The notes under the pieces were generated by a model that saw only the letters and a list, made by a program, of their open reading frames with translations, was not told the DNA's origin and did not search any database. Of a DNA stretch of 64,000 nt, positions 10,234 through 21,100 are shown piece by piece. The translations under genes and the position numbers were made by a program. The stretch is from Neptunitalea lumnitzerae (GTDB lineage Bacteria > Bacteroidota > Bacteroidia > Flavobacteriales > Flavobacteriaceae): contig NZ_BRVO01000003.1 of assembly GCF_027924185.1 (NCBI RefSeq), positions 271,968 through 335,967 of the forward strand. The letters run 5' to 3'. The first letter of the stretch is position 1. Every line of letters begins with the position of its first letter.

Positions 10234-11682
10234 ATGCTGTTCAATTCTATTGATTTTGCTATTTTTCTTCCAGTCGTGTTTTGTCTCTACTGGTTTGTAA
10301 CCAACAAAAACTTAAAACTTCAAAACTTATTAATAGCGCTTTCAAGCTATCTTTTTTATGGTTGGTGGGATTGGCGCTTTTTATCATTAATTCTTTTTAG
10401 TACTATAGTTGACTACTCCATTGGTTTAGGACTATTACACCAAAAGAAATCAAGTAAAAGAAAAACACTACTCTGGATTAGTATGTTAGTAAACTTAGGT
10501 TTTCTAGGTTTTTTTAAATACTTCAACTTTTTTGCAGAAAGTTTTGCTGATGCCTTTACTCTACTAGGGAACCCTATAGAACCTACACATTTAAACATAG
10601 TACTACCAGTGGGTATAAGCTTTTATACATTTCAAACAATGAGTTATACCATAGATGTGTACAAAGAAAAACTAGAACCGACCAAAGACTTTATTGCCTT
10701 TACTGCTTTTGTTAGTTTCTTTCCTCAATTAGTCGCTGGGCCCATTGAAAGAGCTACACATTTACTACCCCAATTTTATAAAAAACGAACGTTTAACTAT
10801 GCGCTTGCTGCAGACGGAATGCGACAAATTTTATGGGGACTGTTTAAAAAGGTGGTTATAGCAGATAATTGTGCGGAACTAGCCAATCAGATTTTTAATA
10901 ATCATACTGAAATGAGTGGTAGTACACTTGTTTTGGGCGCCATTCTCTTCACATTTCAAATTTATTGTGACTTCTCAGGATATTCAGATATTGCTATAGG
11001 AACATCTCGCTTATTTGGGTTTGATTTAATGCGTAATTTTGCATTCCCATACTTTTCAAGAGATATTGCTGAATTTTGGAGAAGATGGCATATTTCATTA
11101 TCTACATGGTTTAGAGATTATTTATATATACCCTTAGGTGGTAGTCGAGGAGGTACTTGGATGAAAGTTAGAAATACTTTCATTATATTTTTAGTGAGTG
11201 GTTTTTGGCATGGCGCTAATTGGACTTTTGTAATTTGGGGAGGTATTAATGCATTATATTTTCTCCCACTCCTACTTACTAATAAAAATAGAAACAACAT
11301 AGATGTGATAGCAAAAGATAAAATACTTCCTTCTTTTAAAGAGTTTTCACAAATACTAACCACTTTTTCCCTAACCGTTCTTGCTTGGATATTTTTTAGA
11401 GCTGAAAGCATTAGTCATGCAATAAGTTATATTTCAGGGATATTTTCTACATCACTTCTTAGTGTTCCTAAAATTCCAAATGCTAGTGGAGTAGCCACTA
11501 CCATCATTTTAACTATTATATTTGTTATGATTGAATGGGCTGGTAGAGATGGACAATACGCAATTGAAAAAATAGGCATTAGATGGAAAAAACCAGTTAG
11601 ATGGGCTATGTATTATGCTATTCTAATTGCTTTTTTATGGTTTGGTGGAAAACAACAAGAATTTATTTACTTTCAATTTTAG
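10234..11682 (+). CDS. MBOAT family membrane-bound O-acyltransferase (AlgI/DltB-like)
   Basis: 482 aa polytopic membrane protein with the MBOAT signature FWRRWHISLSTWFRDYLYIPLGG containing the conserved His. Confidence 0.85.
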   Translation: MLFNSIDFAIFLPVVFCLYWFVTNKNLKLQNLLIALSSYLFYGWWDWRFLSLILFSTIVDYSIGLGLLHQKKSSKRKTLLWISMLVNLGFLGFFKYFNFFAESFADAFTLLGNPIEPTHLNIVLPVGISFYTFQTMSYTIDVYKEKLEPTKDFIAFTAFVSFFPQLVAGPIERATHLLPQFYKKRTFNYALAADGMRQILWGLFKKVVIADNCAELANQIFNNHTEMSGSTLVLGAILFTFQIYCDFSGYSDIAIGTSRLFGFDLMRNFAFPYFSRDIAEFWRRWHISLSTWFRDYLYIPLGGSRGGTWMKVRNTFIIFLVSGFWHGANWTFVIWGGINALYFLPLLLTNKNRNNIDVIAKDKILPSFKEFSQILTTFSLTVLAWIFFRAESISHAISYISGIFSTSLLSVPKIPNASGVATTIILTIIFVMIEWAGRDGQYAIEKIGIRWKKPVRWAMYYAILIAFLWFGGKQQEFIYFQF

Positions 11683-11687
11683 TATTT

Positions 11688-12716
11688 ATGAAAAAATTCC
11701 TTTTAAAAACATTCATTTTTGGTGCTATATTTTTATTCCTTCTGATTATAAAAAAACATGTACTTCCCTATTATACTGGTGATGCTACTTTTATGACTAA
11801 ACTGGAAGATTTCGATTCAAAATCGAAAAAATTCAATACTGTTTTCTTTGGTTCAAGCAGAATTCACAGACATGTAAATACAACATTACTAGATTCGATT
11901 TTAAATGATTACAATATCTCCTCCTATAATCTTTCGGTTGCAGGCACTTACAACCCTGAATCTTATTATTTATACGAAAACTTTATAGATAATAAAACTA
12001 ATGGAGAAATAAAATTAGCATTTGTAGAATTACAAGCGCTATATCAATATTCCGAAAATAATTATGAAACTACTAAAGGTAGTTATTGGAATACCGAAAA
12101 GTATCTTGACTATTCTTTAAACTATATTGAAAACTCAAATTATACAGAAGAACAAAAAAAAGAAATGTCAGACTCATACTTTAAAAGTTATTTGTATGGT
12201 TATTATGATTTTTCAATATTTTCTAACATTACAAAAGTAGCTTTAAACCTTACTAAGGTTAGTAAAAATGGTTTTGATCCATTGGAAAGTAAAATGAGTA
12301 AAGGTAATAGTGCTTTAATGAAAAGATGGAATGATTTCAGAGCTGACACTTCAGCTCTAAATGACAGAATTAAAGCCACATTAACGCCTATAGCAGAAAG
12401 CAAGGAAAATACTTACCACTTAAACTTTTTAAAGAATCTTATCAACAAATCTAAAGCAAAAGGAATTCAATTGATTTATATTCTACCTCCTAGATTAACT
12501 TTAGAGCACTATAAAGAATTAGTACCTATTTGCAATAAACTACCTAGTAATAATATTATTAAGCTAAACGATTACAACAAGTATCGTGAGCTTTATGAAG
12601 TGAAGTATTCTTTTGACATTGGACATTTAAATAATGAAGGTGCAAACATTTTCACTACGTACTTAGCAGAAGAAATAACTTCTAAAATACACTCCTCAGA
12701 AACGGTGTCTAATTAA
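11688..12716 (+). CDS. MBOAT partner protein (AlgJ/DltD-like periplasmic), hypothetical
   Basis: ORF starting immediately after the MBOAT stop. N-terminal TM anchor then soluble domain, the usual MBOAT-plus-partner gene-pair arrangement. Start chosen at the ATG at 11688 (MKKFLLK). Confidence 0.5.
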   Translation: MKKFLLKTFIFGAIFLFLLIIKKHVLPYYTGDATFMTKLEDFDSKSKKFNTVFFGSSRIHRHVNTTLLDSILNDYNISSYNLSVAGTYNPESYYLYENFIDNKTNGEIKLAFVELQALYQYSENNYETTKGSYWNTEKYLDYSLNYIENSNYTEEQKKEMSDSYFKSYLYGYYDFSIFSNITKVALNLTKVSKNGFDPLESKMSKGNSALMKRWNDFRADTSALNDRIKATLTPIAESKENTYHLNFLKNLINKSKAKGIQLIYILPPRLTLEHYKELVPICNKLPSNNIIKLNDYNKYRELYEVKYSFDIGHLNNEGANIFTTYLAEEITSKIHSSETVSN

Positions 12717-12756
12717 ATAATATAAGCAAAACTGTTATATATATTTTTAACATAAG

Positions 12757-12812
12757 AGTTCACTTTTTTCGTCTGCGAAAATCATTTTTTTAAAAGACGA
12801 AGAAAGTGAACT
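12757..12812. terminator. bidirectional hairpin terminator between convergent genes
   Basis: 17-bp inverted repeat AGTTCACTTTTTTCGTC ... GACGAAGAAAGTGAACT (one mismatch) flanked by T-runs on both strands. Confidence 0.6.
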
Positions 12813-12849
12813 ATTTTTTATTTCCTCCATCAAATATTCCAAACTCCAC

Positions 12850-13242
12850 TTATCCTTTCCAATTTTTTAGAATTTCGTTTTTTCTATAACTTACCATTTG
12901 TTTGATAAGATCGGTTGGTAACGGTTTGTTGAATGGAAATTGAACAGAACCTTTTCCTTGTTTGTATTCCTTTAATTCTTCTGCAAAAGCCTCCATAGTT
13001 GTAGGAAACGGATAAAAACCTATAAACTTAGCATAGGCTGCCATCATAATCTGTTGGTCGCGCTTACCATTGGGTACCAAAGTAAAGGAAGGTACTTTAT
13101 AATTAAGCACCTCAACAGCATCAGGTGCTACTTCTTTTACCAATGCTCTAATCTCTTGTAACATGATTTGCGCTTCAGGGGGTTGATGATTGATATAATC
13201 ATCAATCGTTTTAAAAGTAGGCATAGGTCCTTTCTTGGCCAT
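12850..13242 (-). CDS. DUF1801 (YdhG-like) domain protein
   Basis: 130 aa. N-terminal pattern ...DDYINHQPPEAQIMLQEIRALVKEVAPDAVE... typical of the DUF1801 family. Confidence 0.65.
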   Translation of the reverse strand: MAKKGPMPTFKTIDDYINHQPPEAQIMLQEIRALVKEVAPDAVEVLNYKVPSFTLVPNGKRDQQIMMAAYAKFIGFYPFPTTMEAFAEELKEYKQGKGSVQFPFNKPLPTDLIKQMVSYRKNEILKNWKG

Positions 13243-13289
13243 CGTAATTAGTTTTTAGAACTACTAAAATAGCAATTATTGTAAACTAG

Positions 13290-14354
13290 CTACTCCAATG
13301 CTCCCATAAGTCCCCAACCATTGGCTTTATCTATTACAACACAACTAATGGTATTAGTACCTTTATGCAGTGGTATATATAAACTATTAGTGTACAAACT
13401 CAAATGCCCCATATACTGTACCCCTTTAGCTCTAAAAGCATTGGAACCACTAAACAACAGCACACCATTTACATACACCCTTATTTTATCACTATAATCA
13501 AACGAAAACTTTTTAAAGGTATCTTCATCTACTTCAACTTGAGTTGTAGCAATTGCAAAGGCTTCTCCGTTTTGCTCGAAATTACCTTTAGAAGATTTCT
13601 TTACATATTTTGATATAGGCAACAAACCCGTAGGCTCTGTAGGTACTATTTGTACTGTCTCATTAGCAAAAGTTGCTAACTGAAAAGTAGCCTCATTATA
13701 AGGCATAGCTTTAGTAACCTCCCACTTTTTAATAATGGCTTTATTTTGAGTAGGCTCTACTATTTTTTGAGGCTTTTGTTCGGGTACTTGCTTGCTATAC
13801 TTAAAATTAGCAAATCTGTTGCGAAACAATGCAAACAATCCGAATGCTCCGTTTTTCTGGTTGGTTCTTAAATTCTCAACACTTAACACATATTCATTAT
13901 TTACATACACCTCTGCACTATGGTCAAAAACATGTAAGGTTAAAGTATTCCATCCGGTATGCTTAAAAAATACCTGCGCTTGATATTCTGGGTACAATTG
14001 CCATGCTAATTCATCGTTAAACGTTGGTGTATATTGTACTGCATCTACTTGCCCAGATTTATGCATACGCATATACACCTCTTCGGCATTTGTATTTTGT
14101 TGTCTAAAAAACAAGCCTGCAAAACTTCGTTTGTTATTGGCATATACATCAACAGATAATATTCCTGTGGTAAAATCAAGATTCTTAACTTGTGCTTTTC
14201 CGTTTAGCACGAGTGTTTGTTTTCCCTGAAATGTTTCAAAAGTAGTCTCTTCATTAACCTTCCAATGAGCCTTATCAAAAGGTATCGCTATCAAATTTTG
14301 TGCATTACCATATACACAAAGTAGTAATGCAAAAAAGCTAAGTATTTTTATCAT
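13290..14354 (-). CDS. secreted concanavalin/DUF1080-like protein, hypothetical
   Basis: Signal peptide MIKILSFFALLLCVYGNAQ. Beta-rich sequence with the segment GILSVDVYANNKRSFAGLFFRQQ, interpreted as a concanavalin-like jelly roll. Confidence 0.45.
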   Translation of the reverse strand: MIKILSFFALLLCVYGNAQNLIAIPFDKAHWKVNEETTFETFQGKQTLVLNGKAQVKNLDFTTGILSVDVYANNKRSFAGLFFRQQNTNAEEVYMRMHKSGQVDAVQYTPTFNDELAWQLYPEYQAQVFFKHTGWNTLTLHVFDHSAEVYVNNEYVLSVENLRTNQKNGAFGLFALFRNRFANFKYSKQVPEQKPQKIVEPTQNKAIIKKWEVTKAMPYNEATFQLATFANETVQIVPTEPTGLLPISKYVKKSSKGNFEQNGEAFAIATTQVEVDEDTFKKFSFDYSDKIRVYVNGVLLFSGSNAFRAKGVQYMGHLSLYTNSLYIPLHKGTNTISCVVIDKANGWGLMGALE

Positions 14355-14371
14355 AAGTAGATTTTTAAAAT

Positions 14372-14659
14372 TTATTCAAAAAGTTTATCGGTGGCTTTAA
14401 TCAATTCAGCTTCAGGTAAAAAACGGTCGCCAATGGTTAAAATGGCATTCATATTATTACGTAGCTTATCTAAGCGAATTTCATCTGGGTATACAGCTGT
14501 TTGTAACAAATGCAACGCCATATCTGCCATAAGTAATCGTTGTTTATCTAACCAGTCTGCTTCACCCATCTTTGCAGGATGTGCTAAATAGGCTGCTTCA
14601 ACCTTTGCGTGAAGCTCCCAACTGGTTGCTATCATTTCTCTTTTCTCTTTTTCTGTCAT
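14372..14659 (-). CDS. small hypothetical protein
   Basis: ORF in the track. Start trimmed to the internal Met (MTEKEKREM) to avoid overlap with the upstream AraC gene. Confidence 0.4.
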   Translation of the reverse strand: MTEKEKREMIATSWELHAKVEAAYLAHPAKMGEADWLDKQRLLMADMALHLLQTAVYPDEIRLDKLRNNMNAILTIGDRFLPEAELIKATDKLFE

Positions 14660-14669
14660 AGTATATTTA

Positions 14670-15554
14670 TTATGTATATAAGGGTTTGGCAACACCTACA
14701 CTATCTCGGTAGGCCTGTGGAGACAAAGCTGCTTTCTTTTTAAAAAACCTGCTAAAGTAGTACTCATCATCATACCCTAAATCATAGGCTATTTCCTTTA
14801 CCGTTTTATTTGTTAAGTACAATTCTCTTTTAGCTTCAATAACAATACGATCTGTTATTAAATCGGTCATAGTTTTATTAAAATAAGTTTTCGTTAGCTT
14901 AGCTAGTGCTTTCTGACTCATGGTTAACATTTCTGCATACTCACTAGCCTTGTGTTTTGTTTTGTAATGAAGGTTGATAAAATCTTTCAGTTTTTGCAAT
15001 ACAAAAGGTTCTTCCTTTTCATTACTTATATGCTGTAACTGCGATTCTTGTTGTTGGGTTTTTAACCTAGAAGCGGTAATAAGAAATATTTTTAAGTAAG
15101 ACACTAATAGCTCGTACTGTGCTAAGCCTTGCTGCTGCATTTCATCTTTCATTTGGTCTATTAACAGATCCAATTTTAGACGGTCCCTCTCAGTAATGGT
15201 TAGCTGCGGCGATGTATAAATATTATTAAACAACACCCCATCACAAGCTACCTCTTTCTGATGCTTGTAAATACAAAAAAAGTCTGGGTGAAAATGAATT
15301 ACCAATGCTTCCAAATCTGTTACTGATGTTAACATAAAAGGTTGGTGAGGAGAAAAGCAAAACATAGCTCCCTCATTATAGGCATATTCAGAAAAATCTG
15401 CATTCACATGACCTTTTCCTTTTTTAATCCAAATTAGGGAATATTGATTTAGACGTTGCACCTGATTTAAAGAATCCTTTTCTATAGTACGAATTTGAAA
15501 AGCAAGATTTCCTGTTTTCGGATCTATTAACGTAAAACGCTCAGGTTGTGTCAT
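14670..15554 (-). CDS. AraC family transcriptional regulator
   Basis: C-terminal double HTH (KTVKEIAYDLGYDDEYYFSRFFKKK) and N-terminal cupin-like sensing domain. Confidence 0.8.
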   Translation of the reverse strand: MTQPERFTLIDPKTGNLAFQIRTIEKDSLNQVQRLNQYSLIWIKKGKGHVNADFSEYAYNEGAMFCFSPHQPFMLTSVTDLEALVIHFHPDFFCIYKHQKEVACDGVLFNNIYTSPQLTITERDRLKLDLLIDQMKDEMQQQGLAQYELLVSYLKIFLITASRLKTQQQESQLQHISNEKEEPFVLQKLKDFINLHYKTKHKASEYAEMLTMSQKALAKLTKTYFNKTMTDLITDRIVIEAKRELYLTNKTVKEIAYDLGYDDEYYFSRFFKKKAALSPQAYRDSVGVAKPLYT

Positions 15555-15739
15555 TATTTTGGTGTTTGAAGTTTAGTGAGTTTAAAAGTTAAGTCGTAAT
15601 AATACACCTAACGCTTACACATAATTTCACTTTTTTTTAAAAAATTCTTAATTATAGATATATTTGTATCTGTAACAAAAAACAGCCCTTTCCATATAGA
15701 TAAATGAGTTATGGGAAAGAGCTATTTTTAGGGATTGGC

Positions 15740-16285
15740 TTACAAACTAATTGCTTCAGGGAAGTCAACTGGTACCTTAGTAAGGTTGTGTAAATAGTTC
15801 ATAGCTGTTTTTTCACTTACTTGAAGAATCAAATCTACTAAATGCTCGTTGGTATACCCTACTTCTAAAAAGCGTTGTACATTTTCTGGTGCAGCAGTCC
15901 CTCTGTTTTTTGTAATATCAGCAGCTAAAATTACTAACGCTTCTAATTTAGGGGAATCACTTTCTGCTTTTCTTAAACCAATGATCTCTGCATCGGTAAA
16001 TCCATTCATTTTACCAACAACAGTATGTGCACTAAGACAATACACACAACCATTAACTTCACTTACTATTAAATTAATAGCTTCCTTTTCTTTGTTAGTA
16101 AAAGAGCTTTTTGCATTCTGATAATTTAAGAAACGTTCTAAACCGTTTGCAGAATACCCTATGGTAGCATACAAATTTGGCACAAAACCTAAGGCTTTAT
16201 TCAAATTATCAAAAATAGCTTGATTGGTTGTAGATACCTGGTCTTTTGTTGGTACTGCAAATTCTAAAGTTTTTACTTCTTCCAT
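15740..16285 (-). CDS. carboxymuconolactone decarboxylase / AhpD-like family protein
   Basis: 181 aa with the CxxC-type motif (EVNGCVYCLSAHT) characteristic of AhpD-like peroxidase-related proteins. Confidence 0.7.
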   Translation of the reverse strand: MEEVKTLEFAVPTKDQVSTTNQAIFDNLNKALGFVPNLYATIGYSANGLERFLNYQNAKSSFTNKEKEAINLIVSEVNGCVYCLSAHTVVGKMNGFTDAEIIGLRKAESDSPKLEALVILAADITKNRGTAAPENVQRFLEVGYTNEHLVDLILQVSEKTAMNYLHNLTKVPVDFPEAISL

Positions 16286-16392
16286 TTTTTTATGTTTTAA
16301 AGTTTAACATTACAAAGATGCTAACCAACGCGTTACCCTAAAATGGATAGTTGGCGCCAATGAATGGACAAAATTTCCTGGGTACTAAAACG

Positions 16393-17019
16393 CTAATTAG
16401 AAATACTAACCGACTTTTGAATGTATTGTTTACTTTGCAGTTGTGCTAACATAAAACTGGCTACATCTGCCTTACTAATTTTTAAGGTTAACTTTTTCTG
16501 ATCAGCTCCAAAACCGCGCTTGAACTGATTTGTTATACCTCCATCTGTTAGAGCACTTGGACGCACTAGCGTATAGGCTAAATTAGTATTAGCAATTAAT
16601 TGCTCTTGCTGCTTATGGTCTTCAAATGCCCTTTTTAAAAAGAAACCGAACATGAAATACTTCCAAAATGCATTTAAATTATGATAGCTATCCCCCATAC
16701 CCAACGTAGTCTGACAAATAAAGCGTTGCACATGTAATTGTTCCATAGCAACGATTATATTTCGGGTTCCTGTGGTACGAATGATTCCTTTCCTCCCATC
16801 ACCCAAAGCACACAACACAGCATCATGCCCATTTATTGCTTTTTCTACATCTTCTTTTTGAGCAGCATCGCCTAGTTCTATTCTAAGATTCTTATGATGT
16901 AAAGCCCCTAACTTTTCAGCTGATCTTACAAATGCAGTTACTATATAGCCAAGCTCTAGTGCCTGTTTTACAATTTCGCTACCTACGGCACCATTGGCAC
17001 CAAATACAATAATTTTCAT
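16393..17019 (-). CDS. NAD(P)H-binding protein (NmrA/atypical SDR family)
   Basis: N-terminal Rossmann motif MKIIVFGANGAVGSEIV, 208 aa. Confidence 0.75.
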   Translation of the reverse strand: MKIIVFGANGAVGSEIVKQALELGYIVTAFVRSAEKLGALHHKNLRIELGDAAQKEDVEKAINGHDAVLCALGDGRKGIIRTTGTRNIIVAMEQLHVQRFICQTTLGMGDSYHNLNAFWKYFMFGFFLKRAFEDHKQQEQLIANTNLAYTLVRPSALTDGGITNQFKRGFGADQKKLTLKISKADVASFMLAQLQSKQYIQKSVSISN

Positions 17020-17091
17020 TTTCTTATTTTTTAATTACGGTACAAAATTGAACGATACTGTAAAAAGAAAATAGAATAAAAGCGACACTGC

Positions 17092-17862
17092 TTATAATGT
17101 AAATTTTTTAGGTGTACTACCTGTAAAAGCTTTAAAAACACGAATAAAATGAGATTGATCTGAAAATCCGTTTTCAAATACCACATCACTTAGTGAGCTA
17201 TAATCTTTAGAGGTAAGATGTACTAATGAGGTTTGAAATTGTATAACTTTAGCAAATTGCTTAGGTGATAATCCTGTTTCTAACAAAAAGCGACGTTCTA
17301 AAGTTCTTCTGTTTATACCTAACGAATTTACAATTGACTGTACTGTTTGTTGTCCCTTTGAAGCAAAAATCAAATCGATTGCTTGATACACATCAAAATC
17401 TAACTGTTGCTTTTTCTTTTCAAAATAAAACAATAACAACTCCGTAATAGTTTGTACACAAGTATCAATATCTTGTTTTTTAAGCTTCTCCACCAATTCA
17501 CCTAGCAAAAATTCTTTTTCGTCATCCAAATAGTAACAATCATCATTAATGCTTTTAGGAGCTACCTCAAAAAAGGAGCGAAGTACAAAAGGATATAACT
17601 GAAAAATAACAATGACATAAGTACCATCTAACTCTAATGTAATAGGCTGTATGGTTTGCCCATATAAAAATATAGGTGGCATTTGTTTGTTATGTGGTGC
17701 TACCACCAAACCTTTTGGTGCATTGTAATACATTAACCCCGGACATCCATCGGCAAAAAACGGAATAGAATTTTTCTTAGAAGCATCTAAGTTTTCTAAA
17801 ATCACAATGTTTTTTACAAAGAGTGAGATTGATTCTGCTGGTTTAATATAGTACTGAGTCAC
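17092..17862 (-). CDS. AraC family transcriptional regulator
   Basis: C-terminal HTH pair (RRTLERRFLLETGLSPKQF ... SDQSHFIRVFKAFTGSTPKKF). Confidence 0.8.
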   Translation of the reverse strand: MTQYYIKPAESISLFVKNIVILENLDASKKNSIPFFADGCPGLMYYNAPKGLVVAPHNKQMPPIFLYGQTIQPITLELDGTYVIVIFQLYPFVLRSFFEVAPKSINDDCYYLDDEKEFLLGELVEKLKKQDIDTCVQTITELLLFYFEKKKQQLDFDVYQAIDLIFASKGQQTVQSIVNSLGINRRTLERRFLLETGLSPKQFAKVIQFQTSLVHLTSKDYSSLSDVVFENGFSDQSHFIRVFKAFTGSTPKKFTL

Positions 17863-18071
17863 TGATTACGGCTATAGATGCAAATGTATAAAAGATATTA
17901 CAATAGCTAAAAACACATTGTTACACATAACAGTTACAAACCAAATAATCTCTTGCAAATTTAATCTTTAAAAAGCGACAAAAAATCGTTCAATAACACT
18001 TTCGTTATAAAGCATAAAAACACGACGAAAGCCTTTATTAACAAGTAGTTAAGTTTAGGTAAATTGTTATT

Positions 18072-18109
18072 TTTGACCCGATTTTAAGTTATCAAATTAC
18101 CTACATTTG
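18072..18109 (+). promoter_or_regulatory. candidate Bacteroidota sigmaA promoter (-33 TTTG, -7 TAcaTTTG) for the large T9SS gene
   Basis: TTTG at 18072-18075 and TACATTTG at 18102-18109, about 70 nt upstream of the ATG. Spacing is slightly long. Confidence 0.4.
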
Positions 18110-18178
18110 AACGCTCCAAAAAAATAACCTTAGAACTTACATGTTCACAAACACTAAAATGAAATAATTAATTTTACT

Positions 18179-21100
18179 ATGAAAAAACAATTACTTTTAA
18201 CCAAGTGGTTACTTGTTTTATGTATTTCCTTATTTTTTGGTTTTACGCAATTGCAGGCTCAAACCCTTTCTCCAGGTGATATTGCTATTATCGGAGTTGG
18301 AGTAGATTCAGAAGACGTTTACCTTGTTGCATTAAAAGACATAAATGCAGGCGAGATTATTTTCATTACAGATGAAGAAGCTTCTACCTCTGGATCTTTT
18401 AACTCTGGAGAAGGTTTTTTCAGTTTTACTACTCCAAACATAACTGCAGGAGATGTTTTTATGTTTAAAACAAGTGGAGTAACAGATATTGAAGGATCTG
18501 GAACTATTTCTGTAACCGGACATTCAGGTGCTTTTACTTTAAGCAATAGTGGTGATGGAGTTTACATATACCAATCTGCTAGTAACACCTATAACGGTAA
18601 TGATTATACCTTTTTAGGCTTTGCTGGAGAAGATTCAGGTGATGGTTCTATAGCCCCTGGATTAACAGAAGGCACTACTGCTATATATTTTGGTGGAGAT
18701 AACGGTAGATATGACGGCACAAGAACTGGTCTGGATCAAGCAGGTTTTTTAGCTGAAATTTATAATCCTACTAACTGGTCTACTTCTGGTTCTACAATGA
18801 CTTACGACACTACTGATTTTAGTTTTACTCCATCAGCATGCGCATTTTCATTCGGAGAAGCAACGTATACTTGTAACAGTAATACTTTAGGTAATAATAA
18901 TGATACTGTTCTAATTAGCATTCCTTACACAGGAAGCAGCTCTAACATAACTTCTGTTACAACTTCTAGTGCTGGTGTAATTGGCGGTGATGACCCTACT
19001 ACTGTTGCAGATGGAACAATAACAATTTCAGGATTATCTGAAGGTGACGCTTGGGATATTATAATAAACGGAGGAGATTGTGATGGTCTTGCAATAATTG
19101 AAACTGTTGGTGCTGCCATTTGTGACCCAGCCCCTACTACTTGTTTTGATTTAAGCACAGGTGCCGAGCTTTTTGAATTGGTTCCTGTAACTATGAACAC
19201 GCAAGGTGACGAGTGGACATACAGCTCAGGAAGTTATAGCATGAATGGATATTGTGGATCTGGATGTACTGAGGAATCTGATACGTGGTTAGTTTTTGGA
19301 CCATTAGACACTACTGGTGTTACTAACTTATCTTTATTATTTGAAAGCTCTGAAAGCTATTCTGGAACAGATTTATTAGTACAATATACTACTGCTTACT
19401 CTGGTTGCCCTACAAGTACTTCTTGGAACACCCTTGCTACTATAGCAAATGATGGTGACCAAAATATTGATTTATCGTCTGTTTCTGGTACCGATATTTT
19501 TATTGCTATTCAATACTACGATAACGACGGAACATATTCTTCATGGTCTCTTTATAACGTGGAATTAGAATCTTATGGTAGTTGCCCAGTATTGGGTACA
19601 AGACCTACTTCTAACTGTGCTATATGTGATATAGCTTTAGGAGAAGCTTCTTACGAATGTGATGCTATTACCAACGGTGCAGATACTGTTACCATTAGTA
19701 TCCCATATACAGGTATTGAGAATACAATTACCTCTTTAAGTACTACAGCTACTGGGGCTATTATTGGTGGTGATGACCCTGCTTTGGTTGCAGATGGTAC
19801 CATTATTATTACTGGTTTAGCAGAAGGAGATGCTTGGGACTTAACCATTAACGGAGGAGAATGTGACGGTAACACACTTTCAGGAACTATTTCTGATGTT
19901 ATTTGTTTACCTTGCCCTGCTACAGAAGGTGATTTAATTATTACTGAAATTATGCAAAACCCTAATATTGTTTCAGATGACAATGGAGAATATTTTGAAG
20001 TATACAATACTACAGGGGCGGCAATTGATATGCTTGGTCTTGTTATAGGATCTAATAACGCATCGGAAGAATTTACAGTAGATACTTCTGTTATTGTACC
20101 AGCTGGTGGATATGTGATTTTTGGAAAAAGTGCTGATACAGCTATTAATGGTGGTGTTGAAGTAGACTATGAATACCACAGTTCATTCTACTTAGGTAAC
20201 GGAGCAGACCAAGTAACCATATCTTGCCCAGGTTCTGGAAATGTTATTGATGAAGTGGTATATGACGGTGGTACGGCTTTCCCTGACCCTACTGGATCAG
20301 CTATGGAACTAAGCTTTGCTAGTTATAACAGTACAGATAATGACAATGGAGCTAATTGGTTTGAATCTCTAATTCCGTTTGGTGACGGTGACTACGGCAC
20401 ACCAAGATACAAAGGAAATTATTGGACAGGTGCTACAAGTACAGCTTGGACAGATGCTTCTAACTGGGAAGATACTCAAGTACCTATTACAGAAGATGCT
20501 GTTGCTATACCAGTATTATCTGGTTTAACTAACGAACCTACTATTACAAGTGGTGTTACAATAAGCAACCTAACTATTGGTTCTGGTGCTACACTTACAG
20601 TTGCATCAGGTGCAGCTATTGTAGTAACAGGAATTTCAGAAGGTACTGTTACAGTTGAAAGAGACTTAACAAATGCATGGCATTTAGTTTCTTCTCCGGT
20701 AGCCAATTTTACTCTAGAAGATTTTATTGCTGATAATTCATTAGCTACTGGTACTGGTAGTAATATAGGTTTAGCATCGTATGATACTGCTACCGATAGT
20801 TGGTTATATTCAACAGCAGCTACTACAGGCAACTGGACATCTGGTAACGGTTATACAACCTTATTATCTGGAGCTTCTACGGTAAGCTTTACAGGTACTA
20901 TACCAACTACAGATATAACCACAACTATTACTTCAGGTGGTACCTACGATTTTGGTTTGGTAGGTAACCCTTATCCTGCTTATATAACTATTGACGACTT
21001 ATTTTCTGCTAACAGTGCAGTGTTAAATGAAAATACAGTTTGGATGTGGGATGGTACACAATATGTTACTTTAAACACATTAAACGCTGGTTACATTGCT

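Noticed and set aside
18319-20832. Several 60-120 aa antisense ORFs inside the 1246-aa T9SS gene (and similar ones inside mutB, GH51 and other genes)
   Set aside because: They are embedded antisense within long, well-supported genes. Sizes are as expected for chance ORFs in the opposite frame.
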